From Guillardia theta CCMP2712 (taxonomy: Eukaryota > Protista > Cryptophyta), in the NCBI RefSeq assembly GCF_000315625.1, contig NW_005434658.1, positions 339,139 to 403,138 of the forward strand: DNA of 64,000 nucleotides, written 5' to 3'. The first letter of the stretch is position 1; each line of letters begins with the position of its first letter. The translations under genes were made by a program, and so were the position numbers. Under the pieces are notes generated by a model. That model did not search any database. It saw only the letters and a list, made by a program, of their open reading frames with translations, and had not been told where the DNA came from. Shown piece by piece: positions 23,400 through 35,590 of the stretch.

Positions 23400-24830
23400 G
23401 GTGACAACAGAGTGTGCAGCAATGGCGTTGTGAGATCCATGGTTCAAAAGGTTATTATGAAGAACAAGATGATGAAAACATGAGGTTTGAATCCAGTGTA
23501 GGAGATCGCTTGTCATTTTGACTTGACACCAACCTTATGGCAGCGCAGAATAATCATAAGATACTTCCCTGCGATGAATGATTTTTGAATTGCATATTTT
23601 CCACATGCGATGCCTTGAAGATTTGTTTGATGGAGATTGCATCATGTTGCAGATCCACGTAATTAGTCAAGCTCACTTGTTATATTAGACATCAAGCATT
23701 GCATAGATTGTTTCACAAGATTTCTGCATGCATTTCGCCCACTGCAGTGAGGATGTTTGATTGCATGTAAACACTGATGCCGCCAGAGGCAATCAAGACA
23801 TCTTAAGCCTTGAACACCGTCGAGAGTCTCCACTTCTGAGATTTGCAGAGTGTGTTGATTTCTTGATGCGTGGGATTAGTTTTGAGCGTTCATCTAGCTG
23901 TGATGTCGGACATTTGAACCGTCAACACAGTATGCACACATGTATTATTTGTTCTATTGTGAAATAAAGTGATCTCAGTCTTGCATTCGAGGCCATGCTA
24001 AAGAGCATTTCTGTATCTTCTTTCATTTCACATAAATGCAGAATGCATGCAGGGGTTGAATGATGATGAAAACATCGCTTCCCCTGTAGACCATTCCGAC
24101 TCACTGTAAGCTTGGGATCGACATCACAAGTGGTAGTGATCTGATTGCAGAAATCTTTATACATTCATGAGGAAATCTTTATACATTCATCATTCTTTGC
24201 AACAATCTAATTACAATGACAACCGCAAGTAGCATCAAATACATGCGCAATGGTCAGCACAATAAGCCTCACATTGGTATCTTCGTTGTGCCTGCATAGC
24301 AGAGATACATCAAAAAGTTGCAAATAAACCTAATTATGCACAATGTATGCTTGTAGCTCTAGTAAGCCACATTGATTGCTGTAGGATTCTCATCCTGTGG
24401 TTGAAACAGACTCTCCATGTCGCCACAGCTACGTGGAGCATGTTGATCCTTGAGCATTTTGAATGCATGCTCAAGCAGAAATAATGTGAAGATGTTGCTT
24501 TTGAGGATCTGAACTGCAAATAATTGAATGTTTCTAGCATATTTGCAAGATTGGAGTGCATGAAAGCACCTCATTTGCAAACTGATGGTGCAGCATTGTA
24601 AACCATACTTCCTCTCTGAATCCTCGTACATACGGCTCTCATGCTTGAAGCAACGAATAAGAGAGCAGAAAAGGTGTATTCATCTTTTGCAATGTATTCT
24701 AAAGACATCTTCATTCCTAGACAGCTTTCTCTGTCATGCAGTCATGTAAGAGAAGCGGAATTCAAAACTTTCTTTCAAAGTCAGAGACTAAGAAAAGGTC
24801 TTAGTCTATCTACATGGATACATTAGACGA
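23400..24830 (-). pseudogene. AT-richer block, possibly a degenerate or intron-rich gene
   Basis: Only short minus-strand ORFs (e.g. MLHVAVATWRVCFNHRMRILQQSMWL); no coherent gene model found; internal 19-bp duplication. Confidence 0.25.
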
Positions 24831-26615
24831 TTAAATTCTCATCCACATTCAAGCAGCAATAGATTCGAAGCCTCTCACCATGATGACTTGTCGTTGCATG
24901 CGGGTGAAGGATCAATCAGCCATCTCTTGCTTGCCTAGGGAGGGGGGATTTGGGGGGAGTGGAGATAGCACCCTACCCCCTATTTCCCAATTTCAAACTC
25001 TTGAATCAAAGGGTAGATTTGTATTCTTTGCTAGCTACCCACCCCGCCGCTTTCGTAAAGGTGATGAAGGGGAATCGGGGGTATTGGCGTGGTGAGCTCA
25101 AACGGCAATCGAAATGCCTTCTTTTCCATTAGCACCCCCACGTACCGTGATACAGTGAAATGCACGGGTATGAGAGAATCTTTCGGTCCTCTACCCCTCC
25201 TGACAAAGGAAGTCACTAGGGTGGAGGCTGATTCGAGACGCCTGTCGAAACCACTTTAAAAGAATAGTACAGACTGTACCAGAGGCACTTCATCCGTACA
25301 TAGATGTGTACGATTGAAGCGCTGACTAAACAATTAAAATGAGGTGCTTCAAAAAGTAAGGCGGGGGACAGGGTACCACGCCAGTATAATTCAAATCACC
25401 CCACCCTACTTTATCCCTGTCTCACTACCCCCCAGTTATAGAGCAAAAACCGGGGTAGCTGAATGGAAGTGTATATATGAACCCCTTCCCAAGGAGAAAA
25501 AAAAAGACCAATTTTGCTAGAGCCTGCATATGGCCTTGTGAACGGCATCGGCGTCACCGACCAGGCTGACGGCCCGCGGATCGGACCGGCGTGAGCAGGC
25601 GGGCCTCCGACGACCGTACACTGACTAGGCTCCGACCGTACCGTGCCGCGGCACGGTGCGGCATCCGACACGGTACCCCGGGCGGCGACCCAGTGCGGCA
25701 GCCTGTGCCATGATCTCAGCCTCGGATCATCAGGATGATGAGTGAGAGTCTCAGCGGCCGCCGGGCGGCGAGTCGGACTCGGACCAAGCGGCTCAGTATC
25801 GTAGTATGTGGTATCCGAGTCTGGACTCGACCGTACTCAGTGATCATGGCAACCGCCTGACGGCCGCCGGGTCCGGGATGATCGGACTCGGGACTCGCGG
25901 CGCCGGGCCCGGGGGTGGCTGGCATGATGCCATTGTGTCGGAACGTGACTCTGTCACCGGACGGTCACGGGTCGCAGTGGCCCACGGGCCACGCGGCACC
26001 GACGGTGCCGGCCGGGCGCGGCGGCGGGCCCAGTGACGGCCGCCTGTCGTCGTCAAGTTCCGAAGTTCAACGAGTACTGTCGGGCCAGGGTCGGGCCAAC
26101 TTAGGCCCCTGCAAGCCTTAAAGGCCGGGCGCCGCCGAGTTGACTCAGTGAAGTCGCCCAGCTGTTCTTTGTAAAGAACAAACATTTGTTCTTTACAAAG
26201 AACATTCATCGTGGCTTTTCGAGGACCCCCCCACCCCCTTTTGTCATTGAGTTTTTACTGGTGGTAATAGGGTGTGTCGAAGGCTGCGCCATGTCGGAGG
26301 GGATGGCGAGAAACGAGGAGTAGAGAGCAGGAGGCAGAGGGCAGAGGGAGGGAAGAGGGGGAGCGATGGAGGATGTCCATGATGTGCGCGGCTGTGTGAC
26401 GACGTCTTGTTGGATGCGAGGATGTTGTGACTGAATTCCAAACCTGTTAACACATGAAGCAGTGGTTTCGGGTAGATTTGCTCGCGATCTCATAATGTTG
26501 TGTACAAGGAGCTTGTGTTGACTAGTGAACCAGTACCATCATCACCATTAATAGCTGTGCATCCACAACTGACCCTCATTCCAATTGCAACTGCTTACTC
26601 TCGTGCAGTTTCAAC

Positions 26616-29584
26616 ATGAAGGCCTTGTCCGTGGTTCTGGTTTGTGGAGTGCTACTTGTCGTGGGATGGAAGTCTGCGAGTCAATCTTATCGGGTAGGTT
26701 GATCTCGGCAAGGATGCAGCAGGAGTGATGTTGCTGTAGACTACCAGCCTCATGTCGGACGAGGGTCTGTCGGCCATGACCATTGGAATGGATCACAACG
26801 CGATGCTTGTACGTTGCATGGAGAAGATTGCTGTGGGGAAGCTCTCTGACGCTGACCCGCAGGCAAGAAACCCGACGCAGAACGCTGCTTACATGCAGGT
26901 ATAACCATTGTGCGCAGGAAACAGCATGTGAAACTCACGATGTGCACTCCAGACCTTCGGATCGTTCCTCCCGAACGCTAACCTCAAGTCTGCGACGGGG
27001 ACAACACAACTGGCGCAAGCTAAGCACACTGCACAGCGCAAGATGAAGGTAGCAAGCAGACTGTCTGTGTGCGAGGCCACCATTGAGTGCCTTCTTGCAG
27101 GCGTCCGCACAGAGCAGGCTCAACCAGAAGCTGGCGGCTGCCATGCAAGCGAAGCTGACCGCGTCGTCGAGGTGGCGCATGCGAGGGGGTTGGTGGAGGC
27201 TCTGATGCGGTAGAGGTAGAGGGGACGAGCTGATGACTCCGCACTTCGTGGCGGCGTTGGATGCGGCTTCGAAGATGGGATCGAGGACTTCGATGCTGTC
27301 GGAGAGGAAGCAGGTGGCTGGAGCCTCCAGTGTTGGAGGTTCGCGCTGATAGGTCTGATGCAGAAGGAAGCTCTTGACGCTCTCAACATGGCAAACTCCA
27401 AGTCTCACATCCTCCCCTCGAAGCTTCGCGAAGTGATCCAATCGCGTGGATGAGGAGGCAGGGAGATTGACTGGCTAACGCAGGAGTACAACTTCAACAC
27501 TGCCAAGCAAACTCTTGGTCAAACCAAGTTGATCTCTCCTTCTCAAGCTGCTCTCCGCGCATACCCGCAGGTGCCGCTTACGATCTCCAGCAGGCAGGGA
27601 TCTGAAGTAACTTTCAGGGGGACGCGACTCAATCTCTCAGCCAGCGAGCCGTTCCTTCTGCAACGGTAACGCTTTCCTGTCCAAGTGTCGCTCCCGTCCA
27701 CTCACGCTGGGTCGGCAGGGAGGCAACCCGGGGCTTGCGGGGAAGGCTGACCAGCAGTTCTTGTCCAGTGAACCCCAGCAGGTGAGGAGCTTCTGTGAGA
27801 GAAGTGACCTGACCGTGTCTGCGAGCAGCTGAGTACCAAGGAGCTGATCCAGCAAGCAGCCATGAAGCAGCTCAACTCTCTCCCTAAGGTCCTCACGCCA
27901 TGTTGGCCTCCTCCCATTTGACTCTGGTCTCTTCACAGCAGTCGGCCGCAGCTCCAGTCCAGCAGCTGGCCGAGCAGGTGAGCATGGCAGGAGGCGGTGA
28001 GCGAACTCTTGACATTTCGTTGTGCTTCCAGCCCCCTGTTGCTCGTCCCTACGCTTATCCTGTCGCCGCTGTGGCTCAGCCCACCATGTACTACCAGCAG
28101 GCACCACAGCCCATGGCCTACTCCTCCTACCCGGCGCAGGTTCCCAACAACCAGATGGCGTACCAGCCTCAGCAGGTGCCTCCCTTGTCCATCTCCTCCC
28201 TACCTGTCCCTCCCCTCCTCGATTTCCTGTTAACCTCCTCCCCTCACTTGCTCCTCCTCCCTCCTTTGGCCTCCACCCTCCCTCCTCTCCTGACATCTTG
28301 TTCCTCTGACCTCGCTACCTGAAGATGTACCAGCCGTCGTATCCCCAGGCTCCCATGCAGCAGCAATATGCTCCCATGCAGCAGCCCGTGTACGCACAGC
28401 CCCTCCAGCAGAGGCCAATGGCTTACCAGGTTGACCTTCCTACCGCATCCTTCTCTTCCTCCTCCACCTTGCCTCCCTTCTTCCTCTTCCTCTTCCTCTT
28501 CCTCTTCCTCTTCCTCTTCCTCTCCCCTGTCGCCCTTGACTTTCCTGTCCTCAGCCATACAACGGGATGGCGCAGCAGACTCAGATGGCCTACCAGTCAA
28601 GCGCGACTCCCCAGTACGCCTCCAGGTCCCTAACCCCGCAAACTTGCCGGCCCTGACATATAAGCAGCAACGCCATGATGACCCCAGCTGAGATCGGCAA
28701 GGCAGCGGCAGCCAACGCCGCCAGCTGGAGGGTAGGAAACTCAAACCCTTGCCTGTTGTCTCAACCACCACTTGAGCATAGACTATTTCTCCTTCCTACT
28801 TTTCCCACCCTCCGCACTCACCCCTCCTCCTCCTCCTCCTCCTCCTCCTTCTCCTCCTCCTCCTCCTTCTCCTCCTCCTCCTCCTCCTCCTCCTCCTATG
28901 CTTCTCACCGATCATTATCATCAACCTCAGCGGCGGCTGTTGATCTTCTTTCATCTTCATTCTTCTGTGTTGTATTGAGCTCTGGCTGACGATGCAACGC
29001 AGGCGCCCGACGAGTCGCTCAAGGCGGGGAAGTCAAAACATCTCTCAGCTCAGCAGAAGCAGAAGATCAGGGAGCAGATGGAGGTGATGCCCTCTTCACT
29101 TCCCCTCCTCCTCTCCCTCCCTCCTCTCCCTCCTTCCCTGCCTCCCATCCCCTCCCCTCCTTCCCTCCTTCCTAGCTCTGACTCCTCCCTTCATTTCGTC
29201 CACCTACTTTCCCCTGCTCTCCCTTGTCCCTGAGGTCCTTCTCTCGTTCACCCGCACTCGTCTGCAGGCGCTGAGACAGTCGATCAAGTCCGACTTCAAG
29301 GCCAACACTAGGATGGGTAAGAGTTGCTGGCGAGCATGCGGCTGCTTCTCACTGACTGCATTCTCCTCCTCCTCTTGCTTCTCCTCGTCCTCGTCCTCGT
29401 CCTCCTTCTCCACTTCCTCGTGCAGCGGACAAAGCTCTCCTCCTCGGACCTGGCGGCCTCTAATATTATTTGTCGTGACCTTAAGTGGCGATTGTTTATT
29501 GAATTTTCCTCCTTCAGAGTAGGTCTGGCTCCTCCTCCTCCTCCTCCTCCTCCTCCTCCTCTGTGACAGCTCCTTCACCAATGA
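26616..29584 (+). CDS. Secreted or signal-anchored low-complexity protein with Q/P/Y/M-rich repeats, many exons
   Basis: N-terminus MKALSVVLVCGVLLVVGW; exon peptides PTMYYQQAPQPMAYSSYPAQ and MYQPSYPQAPMQQQYAPMQQPVY; regular GT-AG micro-introns; 3' end uncertain. Confidence 0.65.
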
Positions 29585-29678
29585 TTTGTCGAGCCGATCG
29601 CAAGCTCTTTGCTGGCATTTGATGCGTCCTGCGTTCGGTTGTGAGAGGATTCAAGTGGAAGCGAGAAAAAAGAAACAC

Positions 29679-29719
<41 letters not shown>

Positions 29720-30894
29720 GACAGTGACAGATCACCTTCTGGGCCTTGAGCACAGCGGCGAACTCTTCCTCGGTGACCTGCAAGGACGCGAGTGAGGGAG
29801 GGGAGGGAGTGCAGGAGGACGAACTTTGATGGAGGCGATGGCGTCGAAGAGCTCCTCCTCCTCGATGTCCACCTGATAGATAAGAGAGCAAGTTGAGGAG
29901 ATCGAAGGCCGGGGAGAGCAGGTAGCAGAGGGAGGGAGGGGCATCAGTAGGAGGGGAGAAGGGGAGGAGAGGTTGCTACGGAAGGGAGGGGAGGGGGCGG
30001 GGGGAACAGGTGCACAGAGGAAGGGGGGGGGAGGGAAGAGGAGGAGGAGGAGGAGGAGGAGGAGGAGGAGGAATGTAAAGGTTTGCAACCTGATTGTGGA
30101 GGTGGGTAAGGGTAACCATGAGATCCTCGAAGGGCTGTGGGAATATAACAGTCACAGGCAGTATGAAAGGAGGAGCAAGAGGAGGAAGAGAGAAGGGGGA
30201 GAGGAGAGGACGAGAGGAGGAGAAAGTAACCATGTCGACAAGTTGTGCTGAAAGCCACTTGAGGACGCCAAGAGCAGCTCTGTATGGGACGTTAGAGGAC
30301 GAGGAGAGCAGAAGGACGAGAGGGGAAGCACGTTGCATGGTGCAACTTCAGGCAAAAGGAAAGGGGAATAAGGGGGGGGAGGAGGAGGAAAGGGAGGAGA
30401 GAGGGACAGCAAGGAGGGGAGAGGAAGGTAGGGAAGGACAGGAGGGAATATACCTGATCATAAAGGATTCTCCGTTGAGAAGATAATTGTCCCAGATGCC
30501 TGAACGAGGAGAAAGCAATGAGAAAAGAGGGAGAGGGAGGGAGCTAGCGAACGATCAGGCAAGCAAAGGGGAGAGGAAGGGAGGGGGCGAGAAAGAGCAG
30601 GGAGGTTGGTGGGAAAGTGACGGAGGGAGGGAGGGAGGGGAGGGAGGGAGGAAGGAGGGGAGGGAGGGAGGGAGGGGAGGGAGGGAGGNNNNNNNNNNNN
30701 NNNNNNNNNNNNNNNNNNNNNNNNNNNNNNNNNNNNNNNNNNNNNNNNNNNNNNNNNNNNNNNNNNNNNNNNNNNNNNNNNNNNNNNNGGGGAAAGACGA
30801 AACAAGGAAAGAATGAACAGACAGCACACAGAATCACGATCAGACTCGACCCACCACTAAACCGCACTCATCATCATCGTCATCATCATCATCG

Positions 30895-30935
<41 letters not shown>

Positions 30936-33900
30936 GTCATCATCATCATCGTCATCGTCATCGTGGTCATCACCAGGTACAAGTCAGTTGTCACTCCAAG
31001 CTCTTGGAAGGTCTCGAAGAGGTCAGGGAGCTGTAAAGACGTCAGACGTCGCTTCCTCCCCTCCTGCCTCACCAGTCGCTCGAAGAAATGCTCGAAGACG
31101 CTGAAGCGAATGCGAATCTGAAGGTAAACAGTCGCCTATCAGTCGGCTGGCAGGAACGATACGCAGAGGAGGAGAGGAGGCCACAAGGGAGCAGGAGGAG
31201 GAGGAGGAGGAGGAGGAGATGAGAACGAGGAATGCAGGGAGATACAAGGGGGGAGAGGAGGAGAGGAGAGAGGAAAGGGATGTGGTTCAGGGTCAGGCAT
31301 GGCGGCTTCCTCTTACCTGCAGCATGTCCATGGCGAAGAAGGAGAGGAAGTAATGACTGCCGAGACGTCAGGACATGTCGGAGCTGCTGGGGTCACTGTC
31401 GACCTGTGGAGGAGGTTGGTGAGAGCGACGAACGCCTGCGAGAGGAGAAGCGAGTCAGACGATAGCGAAGAGAAGAAGAACGGAAGGGAACAAACAATGA
31501 AGATGGTGAGAACGGTTGAGGAGGAGGAAGTAGTCCACGAGGAAGGAGCAGGAGCAGGAGCAGGAGCAGGAGGATGAGATGAGAGGGCAGAAGAGGAGGA
31601 GGCAAGTTGATGAGACGGTCACCTGGTAGGTGTCCATCGTGAGGAGGAGCATCGCAGCGAGGTAGCTCATCCCTTGCACATAACTGGAGAGAACATGAGA
31701 AAGTTTCAACCCCCTCCTTTCCCCCTCAAGCCCTGCTCCCGCTCCCGCTCCTGCTCCTGCTCCCGCTCCTGCTCCTGCTCCTGCTCCTTCCCCTTCCCCT
31801 GCTCCTGCCCCCCCCTCTATCTTCGTTGCCTCACCCAACATCTGGCCTGTAGAAGATGTACGCCTCCAGCACGTCCCTCAGCTGAGCCTCTAGCGGCCCC
31901 CCTTGATGGAAAAATCCTGCCAGCATACAGTGAGCTCTTCGTCGTCCTCGTCCTCGTCCTCGTCTTCTGCCACCTCCTCCCTCCACTCCCTCTCCCTCTC
32001 CCTCTCCCTCTCCCCTCCCTCCTCTCAGCAACAGGACGACGCCAAGCACCGAGTTCTCTGAAGGTGCGCGGAAGATCCTTGTCCAACACCTGAGGAGGAG
32101 GGGGATGTCAGGAACCACTACCTCCTTCGTCAGGCCCCCCAGCCCTCCAACCAAAACTCCTCTCCCCCCATGAATCTTCTTCTTCCTCATAGCTAATTTC
32201 TCTACCGCTGCCTCCATCTCCTCTTCTCAACTTCCAGAAAGACTTGTCCTTTTTTCTTTTCATCTTATCCTCACCCTCAACCTCATGGTCCTGCTCCTGC
32301 TTCCTGCTGCTGCTGCTGCTGCTTCCTGCTGCTGCTGCTGCTGCTTCCTGCTGCTGCTGCTGCTCCTCCTCCTCCTCCTCCTCCTCCTCCTCCTCCTCCT
32401 CCTCCTCCTCGAGTACACGCCCCCAACCGCAACTCGCACTCCCCTCACCTTTAGACTTGACTCGGACCCCAGCAGCGCGTGCTGGTTGTTGGGGTCGTTC
32501 ATCGCTGAGCAGCAGCAGCGTCAGCCCGCCAGGACCCCTCTTCCCCCTCCCTACCGATCTCAAGACTCTTCTCAAGATCCCGTCGAGCTCTCTGCGCATG
32601 GCTCCTGAAGATGTCGTACAGCTCCTGTCGGGTCCAGCTCAGTCCCAGCAGATGGAAGGCGAGAAGGTAAGGGTGACGGCAGCAGAGGAAAGGGAGGAGG
32701 ACGAGGAACGGAGAGGGAGCAGCAGGACAGAGATGGTACGGGGGTAGGGGCGATGCGACTCCAGGAGGAGGGGGAGGAGGAGTAGGCAGAGGGAGGAGTT
32801 GGAGGAAGGAGGAATTTTCACCTTAGTGATCTGCAGCTGATTTCCGATGCACTTTCTCCAGACTTCAACTCGGAGATTCGTGGGGACTCCCTAGCAGCAA
32901 GTGAGACGCTAGGGAAGGCAGAGATGACGATGAGGAGGAGCTGAGACAGGACGAGCAGGCAAGGGACGAGGCAAGCAAGGAGCAGAGCGGAGGGGTAGGC
33001 GATAGGCAAGGAACGAGGGGTGGACGAGCTTCGAGGAAGATCGGCGAGGGGAGCGATGTAAATGTGGAAAGGATCAGCGGATCGTGCGGAGCCTGACTCA
33101 CCAGCCAGCAAAGGGCTCGACACTGCTTGGTTTCCCGCATCTTCTCGAAGTTGGGCAGGATGTCCTGCTGGGGTGTCAGGTGGGGTGGCGACCCAGCAGG
33201 GGCCTGACCTGCATCCACTGCCTCCTCCTCTCAGTCATGCTGAAGTCTTTCTCCAGGCACTTCTCCTGGTAACGTACACATGAGTTCCCTTGCTCACCCT
33301 CGGCATGCCAGGGCGTTACCTGCCTCCTCCGCTCCCTCTGCTCAGCCTGCCAAACACCAAGACGCCATGTCCAGGGTCAGAATGATTGAACCCCCGCAAA
33401 CTTCATATCTCCTTGACTCCCCTCCGCCCTCCCTGCTCTTTCCCCATCTCTGCTCTTGCCCTGCCCGCCACTTCCCTCCCTGCTCAGATCCTCTCGCCTC
33501 CACTCTTCCATTCCCTGCCTTCCCCTCCCCCCCTCATGCTGAGATTCGATCACCTTAGCCGTCTCAACGATCTTGCTCAGCTCAGAGAACCAGAACTCCC
33601 TCTCCTCGCTGCGTGCGGCAGAACCGTGTCAGACGGGGAAGACTGAGCCGAGCAGGCGTCCACCTGTTGGGGGCCTCCAGCAAGAGGGAGCGATGGGTAG
33701 TGACGATGTAGATGCTCAGTTCATTGTCCACCCCGTAATGATGAGGCTGAGGCGAGAGTGAGGGGAAGGAAGCAGACAAGAGGAGAGGATTGTTGTTACC
33801 GCAGTGCGCGAAATCGAGATGATCTCTCCCACCACGATGAATCCGGGCTGCCTAGTGCTTGGAGAAGCGTTTCCTCCAGTTCTGCAAGGAACCTCCATTC

Positions 33901-35590
33901 ACTCCGACGCTTTAACGCATGCTCTTCGACATCTCCACCACAGCTCCTCCCCAAAGGACAATCACTCACAAAATGTTGGAAGTCAGGACTGATTTCGAGC
34001 TCGGGTCTTGCCACATGATCTTGTTGTCCCCAGACAACCATACGATTCTGTCTGACTTTTGCTTCACTCCAACCATTCCTTTCTTGTAACTGTAACATCG
34101 TCACTCCTCCACTACCACCATCACCACCTCTTCCTCTCACACATCCTCCTTGTCCCCTTCCTCCTCTTTTCACAACAATCCATCACCTGTACTTCGAAAA
34201 CACAGCCCCACGATTCAGAACAAGCCTGTTTGCCATGTCGGGGGTGATGACCTTGATAACTCCCGTCAGCTCAACCGCCGCATCTTCCACCACGAAACTC
34301 ACCTGGACATGCTCCCAGTCTCCGTTCGGTCCTGTACCGCAAAATCTGGGAGCTGACTTGATGCTGGCAGCTCCTGTCGTATCTCTATCTCCCCGTGGCG
34401 CCTTGCTTGCTGCCTCGTCAGCATCTGAAGAAGGCCTCGCTGCAGACTGCTCCACTGCCGCCTCGTCCTGCTCTTCAACCTCCATGCTGGACAAGCTATC
34501 GTGGCAATGGGACAAGCTCAGGGAGTTTTCGGCCCTGGAGACAGACATAGATCTCCGGAAGCATCCCGTACGAGGAGGAGGAAGTGGCGGCAGGTCAGGG
34601 CTTTGCTCTCTGTGAGGAGAAGTCAAGACCGTCATTGAGTGATAGACGAGTCACAACAGCGAGAGGAACCGGGCTGGTGAGGGCAAGATTGCAACAAAGA
34701 GAACAAACAAAGAAATGGGAGCTCGGAGGAAGAGGAGGAGAGAGATATGATGAGGAAGTTCGGAAGGTAGCAGGAAGGATGCAGGAAGCGGAAGGCAAAA
34801 AAAGGCAGGGTAATGGTCGCTGCGAGCGCGGGTCACATACCCGTTCTTCTTGGATACTTTCTTCAAGCTTCCCGTAGCAGTGAACTCACTGTCGTCAGGC
34901 GCTTCCTCCCAGTGTGGCGATGTGACTCTGAACTCGGCGCTCGGCTCCATCTTGATGTAAGAGCACGGCACCTGCTCGGGCCAACCGTCAACCCCGGCCT
35001 GCTGCTCCCGCCCAGCTCCGACGCTCACCATTCCTTTCGCGCCATGGTCCGTCCGCGCAAGGCACCATCCATCCTCGTGCACCTCCAACACCTGAGCCCG
35101 AGACGTCACAGGGGTGAAGGTACGCGGAGCGAGCGATAGTCCACCTCAAGGAGCTGACCCTCGGCAAACGCAAGCTCGCAGACCGAGTCAGAGTCATACC
35201 CGAAAATAGCTCGAGCTGGTCCAGGAACGAGCTGCACCCAACAGTCACGTCTATCCCGAATCGAGAATCATCGAAACTACAGCATCTCCGCTGGCATCTC
35301 CGCCATTTCTCCGCGTTCCCGCATCCTTGTCGTCGTGGCTGTCGCTGTACCTTGCCTTGGGGACTCTGAAGACAAAGTGAGAGGCCGAGCCATCCTCTCA
35401 TGCTGTTCGTCTACCTCGTAGAATCAACGTCTTCCACGTCATCGTCCTTGGTTGACGAAGGCTCTGGGCCATTCGTTGATGTCTGCTCAACATAGCAATG
35501 GTCATATTACTCGTGTGACTATGACAGGAATCGGCACAACACTGCCGTTGATGATCATTTCTTACCTCAGGCGATGATTCCGGCATGTTT
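29575..35590 (-). CDS. SH3-PH-TBC Rab GTPase-activating protein (TBC1D12/14-like GAP domain), multi-exon; start uncertain, possibly up to ~35990
   Basis: SH3: ARAIFGYDSDSVCELAFAEGQLLE/VLEVHEDGW/VPCSYI. PH: RIVWLSGDNKIMW...IVTTHRSLLLEAPN...RREFWFSEL. TBC: GVPTNLRVEVW, LDKDLPRTF, YRPDVG/YVQGMSYLAAMLL. Confidence 0.88.
30689..30788. other. Assembly gap (100 N)
   Basis: N run after a (GGGA)n tract. Confidence 0.99.
30868..30970. repeat. (CAT/CGT)n intronic microsatellite
   Basis: About 33 imperfect triplets inside the TBC gene. Confidence 0.9.

Noticed and set aside
30617-31072. Poly-His / poly-Met proteins
   Set aside because: (CAT)n microsatellite in a TBC-gene intron; one ORF crosses an N gap
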